Source: Azolla caroliniana (lineage: Eukaryota; Plantae; Polypodiophyta). From it: a stretch of 64,000 nt of DNA. Below, piece by piece: positions 13,601 to 26,900 of this stretch. The stretch's first letter is position 1; each line of letters begins with the position of its first letter. A program made the translations under genes and the position numbers. The stretch is from assembly GCA_043228905.1 (NCBI GenBank), contig JBHGNT010000005.1, positions 22,010,001 to 22,074,000 on the forward strand, in the 5' to 3' direction. The notes below the pieces were generated by a model that made no database searches, was not told where the DNA came from, and saw only the letters and a program-made list of their open reading frames with translations.

Positions 13601-14377
13601 AAACAATCCTATACATAATAAACTAGTAACTTATATGTATCAATGACTTAAATAAACACACTCAAATGAAAAGAGGATGTGATTGCATTTATTTATAAGA
13701 ACTTACACCTCAAAATTTTACCCTCCTTTTGAGAATTTTTGTGCCACATTGCTCTTTTATTCTCCCCGGGAAATAGACATTGTTTTGTTTTTCTCTCTTC
13801 TCTTCTTTCTCCGCCCTCTTTTACATAAGGTGAGAGACAAGTTATATAGGGTCTCACATGCATTTAGAGCTAAGAGCATGTCACCGCTTAGTACTCATGT
13901 TTTAGCTTACATAGAATAATTAGATTGACCACATATTTAAGAAACAATCAATACCTCTGGAAGGATTCCTTTGTGGGTGATTGAAACTGTAGATGATACA
14001 CTTATCCACTCCATGTTGTCCTGGTGATGAGATTTGATTTGCAAATGTAATGAAAAATGGTTCATTTCTTTTTCAAGAATTAGACCAAGTTTGATCATGT
14101 GGTAGCTCACTCATTTCAAGGTAAAATAAATGGGATAAGTATTATGTCTACCTATTAGTCTTTCAAATTTGTTTAATAGCCCAATTTATTTAGGATTAAG
14201 TGGTTTGGTTAATTACTAATTTTTTCATAAACGGTTTGGTTTCGCCTACTTTTTAAATGGTTTGGGTTAAATGGCTTGGTTCTAAACAATTCGGTTAAAA
14301 TGGATTGATAATTTTTAAATGATTTAGTTCGTTTTTAATTATGTATAAATGGTTTGGTTTGGTTTATTTTCAAGGCC

Positions 14378-15505
14378 TAGAGCTTCTTCCACAAGGCAAA
14401 TATTGATGTCTCTTTGGCCATGTTGAAGTAGACATTCTCGACCAAGTGCATTCGAATGGCCGACCTGGCTATCTCGTCTAGGGAACACCATTTCATCTGC
14501 TCTCATCGAGGTTGCCTTGTTGTTGTGTCGCGTCGCCTCAATTTGACGCCGGATGATCAATACATCTTGCATCATCTCCTTCCGTAGGTCAAAGTTCCAC
14601 TCCTGGGCCGGATGTTGAAGCCATGTTCTATGGGAAATGAGATTTGCTAACCTAGTCCTTTCCTTCAGTTGGTTTTTCTCTTCTAAGGTTGATGTTGTTG
14701 TTGCTGCCGGATGGCAAGTCGCTCTGATACCAAATGTAGAGTATTTGAGTTTATGTTGTGGAAGGTTGAGGACCCATTAGTGAGTCTAGCAAACAAAACA
14801 GGTAGCAAACAAGATAGAGTTATGCACTGTGTCAAGATTCACGAAGATGGAAAAAAACTAGATAGTTGCACAGAGAGAGAGAAACATTTTTAAGATTAGA
14901 GAGATTATGTTACATTAGCCACTGATATATCTTTACAAGGTAAGTTACCCACTTATATAGTTAGGTTAACTATGTGTTCACACTAAGGATACAAGGTGGG
15001 TGGAGTGGGACTTTTATCCCAACACACTCCCCTATAAAAGGACTACTTTGTCTAGTACATGCAATGATATGGGGTTATCTCCCCTGTAATCTTAAATTAC
15101 AAATTAAATTTAAACTATAGTGTATGTCACAAGTTGACTGGCTGGTGGCTGAGTCGGTAGAGGTAAAGTCGGGGTTAGCTGATCAGTTGTTTCCCAAGTT
15201 GGCTAATGTTCGAATAAGATAGTGATCGATTTTGCTTTTGGTCTCTACGTTGTTGGCTCTTCGTGTGCACTGGTTCTTGTGCTCTCTTATGGATCGTCAA
15301 TCGGTTTTATGTTCCATTCGACCGTCGATCGTGTCTTGTCTTTTAGGTCTCCTCGCACTCAGCTGTATCTACAACCTTCAGGCAGTTTGGCTTCTTCGAC
15401 TTGTCTAGCCGTGCCGTTCTTCGCCTTACCTTATTCTCCTCGTTCGGCTCCTCTTTGCTCACTCGCTTGTAGTCCCATATGTCCTCTTAGTGCATTGAAG
15501 CGTTG
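14378..15505 (-). mobile_element. Copia remnant: 3' internal + PPT + LTR (14735-15024) + iMet PBS + truncated gag
   Basis: Minus strand reads AGGGGAGTG-TGTTGGG...CTCTACA-TT-TGGTATCAGAGC; a copia gag-like segment (IRMHLVENVYFNMAKETSIFALWKKL) lies at ~14380-14460. Confidence 0.75.
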
Positions 15506-15508
15506 ATC

Positions 15509-15532
15509 TAGGGGTTTAGGGTTTAGGGTTTA
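15509..15532 (+). repeat. Short interstitial plant telomeric tract (TTTAGGG)n
   Basis: TAGGGG-TTTAGGG-TTTAGGG-TTTA at the junction between the copia remnant and the truncated 5' LTR of element B. Confidence 0.7.
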
Positions 15533-16172
15533 TTCTAAACGGGTATATTCTCGAGATATGTCTCGAGTATATTTTAGAGATATTCAATCTCGGAAATTGT
15601 ATAAATACTTGTAACACCCTTGGTCCCTTTCAAGGGATTCAACACCATTCATTGACAAATCAATCTAGTATTCTCGTTTCGCCTCATCTTTGTCTCCTTG
15701 ATCTTTATTTCTATCTTCATGCCCTCATGTCGATCACAACATCTAGAGTTCCTAGCCTCATCACATCTAGCTCCAAGTTTATCCATCACTCATAGCCCCA
15801 TCATTTGTGCTCTGTCCTAGTGTGCGCTTGGTGTGTCCGTGACAATTTGAATCCCTTCCAACTGGGAGCACCACCCGTCTTCGTCAACACCTTTGCTTCT
15901 AGAGTTACCATCATCACCGTCCTTGCTTCCGGAGTTACCGTCATCAACATCCTTGTCTTCGACGTCATCATTTTCAGCAACTCTTCGCCCAACCATCCTC
16001 GTCATCAACACTACCTATCATCATTTTTAGGTATCATTTTGCATCATGGTTTTGATGAGGAGTGCTTTCAATCACTCACCTTCCCAGTTCCAGTGGGGGT
16101 CACAACCGCTCACTTTCCTGGTGGGGATCAAATCATTGCTCGCTTGCACTGCATTTTCATTATAGTTCAAGT

Positions 16173-16902
16173 TGACGGGAACTAGTCGTTCCTTATGCGC
16201 AACGCTCGGCCACAACCGAGCTTAGAATGATACACAGAAAACGGGAAATAAAACGCGCGACACAAAGGAGAGAAAAAAAAAAGGTACACAGAATGTTTAC
16301 GTGGAAAAACCTAAAGAGGGAAAAAAAACCACAGCAGCCCACAGGCTGCAAACTATCACTATGTTGGAATGTACAAAGCAGTGAGTTCACGGAGGCAACG
16401 ACCTCGGACTCACGATCTTCGCCACTGGCGGCGGTTACAATAGAGGCAACGACCTCTTTCTCTCTCTGTACAACGTTACATACTCTCTCTTCTTCTTGCA
16501 CCAACAAGAAAGTAACAACACAGTACTACTAGTTTGCCCTAAGTCATATTTATACTAATATGACTTTTCGGCTATTTACAAATCTAGCCTCGATGGACTA
16601 TCAGAAAACATATTTACGAATATGTCTCTTCATCCGGTTCTCCGTAGCCGGGTACTCCTCATTCGGTCTTCACCGAGTCTGCATCATCCGGCTCTCCGTA
16701 GCCGGGTACTCCTCATCCGGTTCATACCGGGTCTGCACCATCCGGCCCTCCGTAGCCGGGTACTCCTCATCTGGTTCATACCGGGTCTGCATCATCCGGC
16801 TCTCCGTAGCCGGGTCCACCTCATACAGTTTCGGCCTCGGCCGAGTTTGTTCATCGGCACTGTTCTTCTCCCTTCCCATCCAGAGGGACCTGTCTCCCAA
16901 CA
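16173..16902 (-). mobile_element. Copia solo LTR (related to E/F LTRs)
   Basis: TGACGGG...CCCAACA flanked by TSD CAAGT (16168-16172, 16903-16907); shares the CCGTAGCCGGGTACTCCTCATCCGG repeats with E and F LTRs. Confidence 0.9.
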
Positions 16903-17129
16903 CAAGTTTCGCGCCACTTTTTGTTGGCGAGGACCCATTTCGATCGCACACCTTCTAGTTTTGGTAGGGTTCACAACCGCTCACTTTCCTGGTGGGGTCG
17001 CTTAGGTTTCTTGCTAGCGCTACCGTTTGTGCTGTGTCTTGGGTCAACCTTGACTATTTACCCTCTCATAATAGAAGAAGTCGAGTCGACCGCTTCACTT
17101 GCACTCCTTCGCCTGTTGTTCCAGTTCTC

Positions 17130-17945
17130 AGTGAGGGCCGCAAGGTTGCTCACATCCGTTCCTGTTCAGATCTTGGTGAGGGCCACATGGTTGCTCACGT
17201 CCGTTCGTGTTCTAGTTCTCGGTGAGGGCCGCATGGTCACGCACGCCTGTTCATGTTAAGTTCTTGGTGAGGGCCGCATGGTCGCTCACGCCTGTTCGTT
17301 TTTTCGATGAGGACCGCACATGGTGGCTCATATTCCAATTCCCGATGAGGGCCACACATGGTTTCTCACGTTCTAGTTCTCGATGAGGGCCACACATGGT
17401 CGCTCACGTCCATTCGTGTTCCAATTCTCGGTGAGGGTCGCAGGTCGCTCACGCCCGTTGGTGTTCGTGTTCCAACTCTCGGCAAGGACTGACATGGTCT
17501 CCCATGCCCATTGGTGTTCGTGTTCCCTGTGAGGACCGCGCATGATCACTCACGCCTGTTGGTATTCGTGTTCCAGTCTCCGGTGAGGACTGCACATGGT
17601 TGCGCATTCCACCTATTGCTTGTGTTCCAGATCCCGACGAGGACCGACATGGTCGCTCATGCCTGTTGCTGCTCATGTTCCAGTTCCCCGTGAGGACCAC
17701 ACATGGTTACTCACGCCCATTGGTGGTCGTGTTCCAACTCTCAGTGAGGATCGACATGGTCTCTCATGCCCGTTGGTGTTCGTGTTCCCCATGAGGACCA
17801 CACATGGTCACTTACACCCGTTGGTATTCATGTTCAAGTTCCCGACGAGGACCGCACATGGTCACTCATGCCCGTTGGTGTATGTTGGTATTTGTGTTCC
17901 GGTCCTGGGCGAGGACCCCACATGGTCGCTCATGCCTGTTGGTGT
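17130..17945 (+). repeat. Degenerate ~40-60 bp tandem array inside element B
   Basis: About 17 units with core GAGG(A/G)CCGCACATGGTCGCTCA(C/T)GCCCGTTGGTGTTCGTGTTCC. Confidence 0.85.
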
Positions 17946-18739
17946 TCAATACCTTGTCTTCTGGAAGGGTTACTCCTTGTCTAGGATTTACAAAATACTT
18001 GGGAGGTGGTCTAAGATTTTCATCAACATATCCCCTTAAGCCAATGACCGGTTTGGGAAGGTGGCGTAAGAGGGGGGATAATGTCATATTCTAGACTCGA
18101 ACCTCTGACTTTTAACACACACAATACATTGTGTTGTGTTATCCATATGAAAACTCTTGTGAACTATCCACATTCTATTGTGAACTGTTATATATTGTAG
18201 AGTCTAGTGTATAGTACATTTGAGAATATTCTAGTCGTTAGTATATTCTAGAATTATTTTGTGGTATTGTCAGGAACAATATTGAGACAGAGAAGAAATT
18301 AGTACTAGGAGAGGAATATTAGTACTAAGAGGAATAGAGGGTGTAGAACACTTGAGAGAAGGAGAGAGAGAGAGAGAGAGAGAGAAAATGATGATGACAA
18401 CGATATATTATGTGAGAAGAATATACAAGGAAGGTTAGAAGGCTTAAGGCTGGTGTTGAACCAATTTGGTTCGAAATAATGCCTTGTGCCTCTTTTTATA
18501 GTGTTCTTAGGAATAGTCCTGAAGCTTCTAGAATGTTCCAAAGAAATTTGGAATATACAATAATATTCTATAGTAAAACTTAAATGAAAATAATATCTTA
18601 CGTATTACAATAGATAATGTAATGGTCAAGAGCTCGACCCATATAACATAAGGTTATGGATTCGCGTCTTGCCATATCATGACACTATCCCCCCTTTAAG
18701 ACGACGAGTGTCACGAGTCGGCATTGATTGTGGACCAGG

Positions 18740-21700
18740 TTAGTCCGGATACTTTCGGTGGAAATCAACAACAAGATCTTGAGCATTGGTGACATGCTCG
18801 ACGGGTTCCCAAGTACGTTTGCTCAGACTATAGCTGAGCCAATCAACCAAATAATAAAGTTTGTTGCGAACAAACTTTGAGTCGAGGACAACAACAACTT
18901 CATACTCCAGGCCGGTGTCCAACTCAAGCGGGGGTGGCGGTGGTGTAACACGATCGGGAATAGTGTTGGCTTGATAAGGTTCGAGAAGAGAAATATGGAA
19001 GATCGGATGTATTTGAAGGTGCAGAGGAAGATCAAGGCGGAACGTGACATCATTAATCTTGCCAGTAATATGGAAAGGATCAAGTCGTCGATAATCCGAT
19101 TTGTCACACGGTCGAGTAGTCTTGATGTGACGACGTAAAAGCCATACTCTCCGATGGCAAAAGAGGAGGGAAGCCGATGACAATCTGCATAAGTCTTCTG
19201 AGTGTGTTGAGCATGACAAAGATGAGTAGATAGATTCGTCTGAATCTTGCGTAGCCTCTCCAAATGATCCTCGGCACGAGGATTGGTAGGTAGCTCTAGA
19301 GTGTCGATCACAGACCAGCGAGGATGAGAACCGGTATAAGCGTAAAATGGCGAGACCCGAGCAAGGAGTGAATAGCGTTGTTATACGCAAACTCCGCAAA
19401 GTGGAGAATATCAACCCAATCGTCCTGTTGATAACTCAGAAAACACCGAAGATATTTTTCCAACGTTTGATTCGTTCGTTCCGCTTGCCCATCGGTTTGG
19501 GGATAGTAGCCGGAGGAGAGGTTGCAAGAGACCTTGAGCATCTTGAAGAGATGCTTCCAAAATTTGGAGACGAATTGAGGTCCTCGGTCACTGATGATAC
19601 TGTCTGGGAGGCCATGATGCTGAAATACCTCACGCATGACAAGGGCGGCCGTTTCCTCACTAGTGATGGCCTTAGTACAAGGCATAAAATGTGCCATCTT
19701 AGTATATCGATCGACGACGGTTAAGATAGCATCGAAACCCTTCGATACTAGAATATCTGTGATAAAATCAAGACAAATGGATTGCCACGGCTTACTTGGA
19801 ATTGGTAAGGATTCCAACAAGCCATATGGATGATGTCGTGGCATCTTTGCTCGGCAACAAGCATCACAGGTCCGAACATAGTCGTCGACAAACGTCGCAT
19901 ATGGGGCCACCAAAAGGATCGTTGAACTAGATCCGACGTCTTAGTACTACCGAAATGTCCAGTTATATGGGTGTCGTGACAATTTAGGACGATTTGAAGG
20001 CGACATGAGCAATTGGGAACATACACGAGCTTCTTAAAGAATAATAAACCATCATGATATTCGAATTGTCGGTAGTCCATACCTGGTTGTTGAGACTGGG
20101 AGCAGGATGCCCGAGAGACATCAATTTGTGCTAGAATGGCTTGAGCAAAACTATCCGTCTTCAAGTTGCGTGTGAAAAGTCTGAGTTGTGTGCAAACGTG
20201 TTGGTCCCAAGATTACCTGCTTTTGATTATCAAATGCTGGATCACCCGGACGAGGTGCAAGATATGAACGTCGCGATAGTGCATCTGCTTTTCCTTGCTG
20301 CTTCCTCGACTGATATGTGATTTTGAAGTCAAAATGCATGAGGAATTGGGCCCACCGAGCTTGCCGTCAATTTAGTACACAAGTGTTCTGGAAGTAAGCA
20401 AGATTTTTGTGATCATTGAAGACGATGACCTGATGAGGAGAGCCCTCTAAGAAACGAATCCACGATGACCTGATGAGGAGAGCCACCATTGCACAAACGA
20501 ATCCACGATGGTTAATAACTCATTGTCATGTATCTCGTAGTTAATTTCCGCGGCATCAAATTTGCGTGAGTGGAAAGCCACAGGATGTAACTTTTCTTTA
20601 TCTCCTTGTTGTGAAAGGATGCTACCGAGGGCGAAATCCGATGCGTCGGCCTCCATGATGAATGGTTTGTTTGTATCCACATGAGCTAGAATAGGAGCTG
20701 ATGTAAAGACTTTCTTAAGATGCATAAAAGCCATGTCCGCTTCATTGGACCAAAGAAATGACTGTCCCTTCTTGGTAAGCTATGTGAGAGGTAAAATAAT
20801 CTTCGAGTAATCTTGTATAAACTTGTGGTAATCTTCGAGTAATCTTCGAGTAATCTCGTAACGAATGTGGAGTTTGCCACTCTAGCACAGTTTGGACTTT
20901 AGCTGGATCCATGGAGATGCCTTTTGAGGAGATGACGTAGCCTAGAAATTCCACTTGCTTGCAGTCAAAGCTACAATTTCTAGTTTGGCATAAAGACCAT
21001 GCTCTCGGAGTTGTTTTAGTACTAATAGTACATGAGAATCATGCTCTTCCTGGGTCTTCGAATAAATCAATAGATCATCCAGATAGATGATCAAACAGAT
21101 ATCCAAGAGATCTCTGAATATCTCATTTGCCATGTGCTGGAAGATTGCGGGCGCATTGGTTAGACCGAACAACATAACAGTATATACTCGAAGTGCCCAT
21201 ATCGGGTGTGAAAAACGGTCTTCCATTCGTCTCCCGGTCGGATCCGCACGAGGTTATGTGCTCCTCGTAAGTTGATTTTTGTAAAAAACTTGGCACCATT
21301 TACACATTCTAATAGACTTGATATAAGGGGAAGTGCATACCTATTCCTAATGGTGACCTTATTCAAGCTGTGGTAATCAATGACAAGATGAAGGGATCCA
21401 TCTCTCTTTTTGACAAAGAAAATGGGTGCACCGGCCGGAGATTTTGAATGACGAATAAACCCGCTTGCCAAATTCTCTTCTATGTAGGCTCGAAGGACTT
21501 CCAACTCAGTTGGTGACAACTTGTAAATCGGTCCCCACAGTGGCTCTGTTCCTGGTTGTAAATTGATGGGACAATCATAGAGACGATGATGAGGAAGAGT
21601 ACCAGCTCTGACCTTGTCAAATACATCGGCATAAGGACGATATTTCGCGGGAAGTTGAACTAAAGATTTCTTTTTAATAATGTTGGAAGGATGTACTGAT

Positions 21701-21920
21701 ATTGCAAATAAAAACATCGACTCCTTGCATCCTTCTTCGCATAATTGATGGAGCGAAATGGTCTAAACTCGATGAGTAGATTCTCGGGGTTATCGATACC
21801 GGGCTTCTCTTGTTCTCCAATCTATGTTTGGATTATGTAATTCAAACCAAGGTAATCCCAGGACCATGGGATGCTCTGGACTACTAATTATATTAAAGGA
21901 AACCACACACACAAAGTTAT
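18740..21920 (-). pseudogene. Element A pol: protease C-part, RT (YLDDLL), RNase H (DASDFALG), integrase, chromodomain
   Basis: Fragmented ORFs 21160..21717, 20942..21226, 20447..20734, 19308..19913, 18740..19414 (YEV...YLVDW...TWEP) with multiple frameshifts. Confidence 0.92.
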
Positions 21921-22525
21921 TGACAGGAACTACAGGCTCCCGATGAACAACGCTCGGCCACAACCGAGTCTAAAGTCAAACACAGAAAACGAATAATGAA
22001 CGCACAACACAAAGGAGAGAAGAGTACACAGGATGTTTAATGTGGAAAACCCTGAGAGGGAAAAACCACGGGAGTTCACAGACTCCAAACTATCACTATA
22101 TCACAATGATTACAACAGTGAGCTCACGGAGGCAACGACCTCATGTTCACGATCTTCGCCACAGGCGGCGGCTACAACAGAGGCAACGACCTCTTCCTCT
22201 CTCTCTCTCTCTCTGTATACTATTACGCGCTCTCTAGTCTCTGCGCCAACAGGAATGACAACAACAACACTAAGTTTGCCCTAAGTCATATTTATACTAA
22301 TATAACTTTTCGGCTATTTACAAATATAGCCTCGATGGACTCTCAGAAACATATTTACGAATATGTCACTTCATCCGGTGAGCACTCCTCACCGGGCCTG
22401 CATCATCCGACGCTTGCCGGGTACTCCTCATCCGGTTCTCACCGGGTCTTCCGTAGCCGGGTACTCCTCATTCGGTTTCTTCTCACTTCCCATCCGGAGG
22501 GACCTGTTTCCTAACAAACTGCCCC

Positions 22526-23796
22526 TTCACTCTGGCATGGGATGTCTTACTAGTCCGATCCGCTTCCGGCATGCATCCAGCTTGTCGGGTATCAGTACTT
22601 TGGTCAGCATATCTGACCCGTTCTCGGCCGTGTGGATCTTTGTCAGTGCGAATTCCTGATCATCTACTCTTTCCCGGATCCAGTGATACCTTCGCTGGAT
22701 ATGCTTCGTCTAGGAATGGTAGGCCGCATTCTTAGCAAGGTGGATGGCACTTTGACTGTCGCAATAGAGCTGGTATTCATCTTGCCGGATACCGAGCTCT
22801 CCAATGAAGTCCTTCATCCATAATATTTCCTTGCCGGCTTCCACAACCGCCATGTACTCCACCTCCGTGGTTGACAACGCAACCGTCTTCTGCAGCCTCG
22901 ACTACCACAAAACAACTCCCCTTGCATATGTCATTACATACCCGGATGTAGACCGGCTGGTATCCACATAAGCCGACATGTTCGAATCGGTAAAGCCGTC
23001 AAGTTGAGGTTTACCGGAGCCGAATCGGAGACACATATTCGAAGTGCCCTTCAAGTATCAGAGTATCCATTTGACCGCGTTCCAGTGCTCCTTGCCGGGA
23101 TTGCTCATAAACCGGCTCACCACTCCGACTGCGTATCCTATATCTGGTCGGGTACACACCATTGCGTACATTAAGCTCCCGACGGTAGAGGCATATGGTA
23201 CCTTCATCATATCAGCCTTCTCTGCTTTCATCTTCGGGCTTTGCTTACCGGATAATCTACAGTTTGCTGGAAGTGTCAATCCGACTGGTTTCGCATCTGA
23301 CATGTTGAACCGCTGAAGCACCTTTGTCACGTATTTCTCTTGTGACAACCACAATTGCTTCTTTGACCGGTCCCGGATGATGTGCATCCCCAGCATTTGT
23401 CTTGCCGAACCCAAGTCTTTCATTGAGAAGGTCCGGTTGAGAGCCTTCTTCAGCATCCGTATTTTGGCTTGGTCCCGTCCGACGATCAACATGTTGTCCA
23501 CGTACAGAAGGAGTATCAGGAAGTCGCCTCCTTCAAACTTCTTCACAAACACACAGTGATCAGCCTGTGTCTTGTGGTACCCTTGATCGGTCATGAAGGA
23601 GTCGAACTTCCGGTAACATTGTCGGGGGAGCTTGCTTCAGTCCGTACAGGCTCTTCTTCAACCGACAAACCAATTGCTCCTTCCCTTTCTCCACGAATCC
23701 TTCCGGTTGCTGCATGTAGATCTCCTCTTTGAGGTCACCGTGAAGGAATGCCGTCTTCACATCCAGCTGCTCTACCTCGAGGTCCATGCTTGCCGC
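22526..23796 (-). pseudogene. Element E copia RT/RNase H C-terminal part
   Basis: QLDVKTAFLHG, LKKSLYGLKQAP, LLLYVDNM, PYASTVGSLMYAMVCTRPDI motifs; frameshift and stops; continues at 31348-31609 (RYKARIVVKGF). Confidence 0.92.
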
Positions 23797-23861
23797 TGTC
23801 GAGACTCGTGGGTAGAAGATAGAGTGAGAGCGAAAGAGAGAGGGTGTGTGTGTGTGTGTGC

Positions 23862-23928
<67 letters not shown>

Positions 23929-26900
23929 GACTTGAAATAGAAATGAGATTATATTATGATGAAACAAGATTACAATGAGTAGGCTAAGGGCTAAAGACTG
24001 GTGTTGAACCGAATGAGTTGAAACGAATGTATAGACAGTTATTTATAGGTCCTTATGGAGTAATCTAGAATGTTCTAGAATATTTTAGATTTTATGATAA
24101 GAAATATAATCATGAAATATTAAAGGGTGTTCTGGAATAATCTAATATCTTGTAATAACTAGAAACATAATTATTATAATCACACAATATATATGTTATT
24201 ACAATGGTTAAGGGTTCAATACATAGACCAAGAAGTCGTGGGTTCGATTCTTGATAACCAAAATGTTGTCTTCATGACATTATCCCCCCCTTTCAAGGAC
24301 GAGTTCCATGAGTCGGAAGACAAGAGTTCGGACTTGGTTTGTGGGGATATTTGTCGTGAAATGCAACAACCATGTCAGAGGCATTAGCAAGATGCTCGGC
24401 AGGCTCCCATGTTCGATCATTAGGTGTATAACCTAACCAATCAACCAAATAATATAGTTTGTTGTGGATGATCTTGGAGTCGAGAATAGCAGCAACCTCA
24501 TATTTAGAGCCATTGGAAACTTCGATTGGAGGTGGGGGAGGTGTAAGACGACCCGGAATAGAGCTTGTTGTGTAGGACATTATCCCCCCCTTTCGAGGAC
24601 GAGTTCCATGAGTTGGAAGACAAGAGTTCGGACTTGGTTTGTGGGGAGATTTGTCGTGAAATGCAACAACCATGTCAGAGGCATTTGCAAGATGCTCGGC
24701 AGGCTCCCATGTTCGATCATTAGGTGTATAACCTAACCAATCAACCAAATAATATAGTTTGTTGCGGATGATCTTGGAGTCGAGAATAGCAGCAACCTCA
24801 TATTCAGAGCCATTGGAAACTTCGATTGGAGGTGGGGGAGGTGTAAGACGACCCGGAATAGAGCTTGTTGTGTAGGGCTCCAAAAGTGAAACATGGAAAA
24901 CCGGGTGAAGACGCATATGAGGGAGATCAAGACGAAATGTCACATCCTTGATCTTACCAGAGATCACGTATGGGCCGAAACGTTGATAATCCAATTTGTA
25001 GCAAGGTCGAGTGGTTTTAATGCTACCTTGTAAGAGCCAGACACGATCTCCTACTTGAAACGTAGTCGATGAATCACGCCGATGACGATCAACAATCTTC
25101 TTTTGAGTGTTTTGGGCATCACATAAATGATGCAAAAGTATATCTTGAATTTCTTGGAGTCGAGTGAGCCGATCTTCAGCAGCCGGGTTTTTCGGGAGTT
25201 CGGGATGTTCAAGCATTGTCCAACGAGGATGGTACCCAATGTTAGCAAAAAATGGGGAATAGCTAGTAGAAGAATGTTCGGAGTTGTTGTAAGCAAATTC
25301 CGCCAAATGTAATAAATCCACCCAATCATCTTGTTGATGTCAGAACCAAGGATAAAAGATAGAGTGATGGAAGAAGGATAGAGAAGAATGTATGTATAAG
25401 ATAGAGAAAGAAAGAGAATGGATACAAGATATGTAATGAGAGCTAAAGACTGGTGTTGATTCGAATTGATTTGAGAATACATGTATGCGCTTATTTATAG
25501 GTTCCTATAGAATAGCTTAGAGATTTCTAGAATGTTCTAGAATGTTCTAGACCTAGAATGCTCTAGGACATTCTAGAACATTCTAGAATAATCTAGAGTT
25601 TTTACAATAATCAATGTAATACAAGAAGTAGCTTTTATTGTTTCATAAAACAATAAGCTATCTTAATGGTTGAGGTTTTCAAGTATGAATTACAAGGTTC
25701 GAGGTTCAAGTCCGAGTGACGCCATAATGGTCATGTGTTCATGACACTATCCCTCCTTCGAGAACGCCGAGTGGAAGTCGGCGTTAACATTGTTGGGCCG
25801 GGCTTGTTTGGATAGTGACGATGGAAGTCGTTGACCAGAGCTTCAGCATTACAAACGTTATCGATGGGTTCCCAAGTGCGATCACTCGGAGGATAACCAA
25901 GCCAATCAACTAGATAATAAAGCTTATTGCGCACAATCTTAGAATCGAGAATAGCAGCTACCTCGTATTCGGGGTCATCCACAAGTTGTACAGAAGGCGG
26001 TGGTGGCACGACACGATTAGGAATTAAAGAGGAGTGGCAAGGTTCCAAAAGTGAGCTATGAAAGACAGGGTGAAGTCGCATATGTGCAGGAAGGTTAAGA
26101 CGAAATGTTGCATCATTAATCTGCGCCGTGATGACAAAAGGACCTAAGCGTTGATAGTCAAGCTTAGCACACGGTCGGGTAGTCTTGATGTGACGACGAA
26201 GCAACCATACACGGTCACCAACCTTAAACGGAGACTTAAGACGATGTCGATCAGCATTGGTCTTATGGTGTGCTTGCGGTTTCTGAAGATGTGACGATAA
26301 CTCGAACTGGATTTGTTGTAGTCGGTGGAGGTGATGTGCCGCACTAGGGTTTCGTGACACCTCGGGAAGATCCAGTATACACCATCGAGGGTGGTTGCCG
26401 GTGTAGGCAAAGAAAGGTGTAACTTTGGTAGAAGAGTGGACCGTGTTGTTGTATGCAAACTCGGCAAGATGTCTTTTGCCATATGTTGGAATACGACAGG
26501 TGCATTTGTGAGCTCAAAAGGCATGATTGTATACTCGAAATGACCATACCGAGTACGAAATGCTGTTTTCCACTCATCTCCTGGCCGAATTCGAACAAGA
26601 TTATATGCACCCCTTAGATCAATTTTGGTAAAATGCTTTGCCCCACCAATGCGTTCTAAGAGATTGGAGATTAAAGGTAAAGCATACCTATTCCTTATGG
26701 TGACTTTATTTAAGCCTCGATAGTCCACGACCAAATGAAGGGAGCCGTCCTTTTTCTTCACAAAAAAGATAGGAGCACCAGTTGGAGACTTTGAATGTCC
26801 AATAAACCCATGTGCAAGATTTTCCTCGATGTATTCTCGAAGAACCTCAAGCTCAGTGGGTGATAAATTGTAAATCGGACCCCACGGAGGCTCTTTTCCT

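Noticed and set aside
17130-17945. CRISPR-like appearance of regularly spaced conserved cores
   Set aside because: The intervening sequences are homologous to each other, the cores are degenerate, the context is a eukaryotic LTR element, and there are no cas genes; it is a tandem satellite.
20424-20860. Small local duplications in A pol (also 41047-41097 in G)
   Set aside because: Ordinary slippage or repair scars in dead coding sequence.
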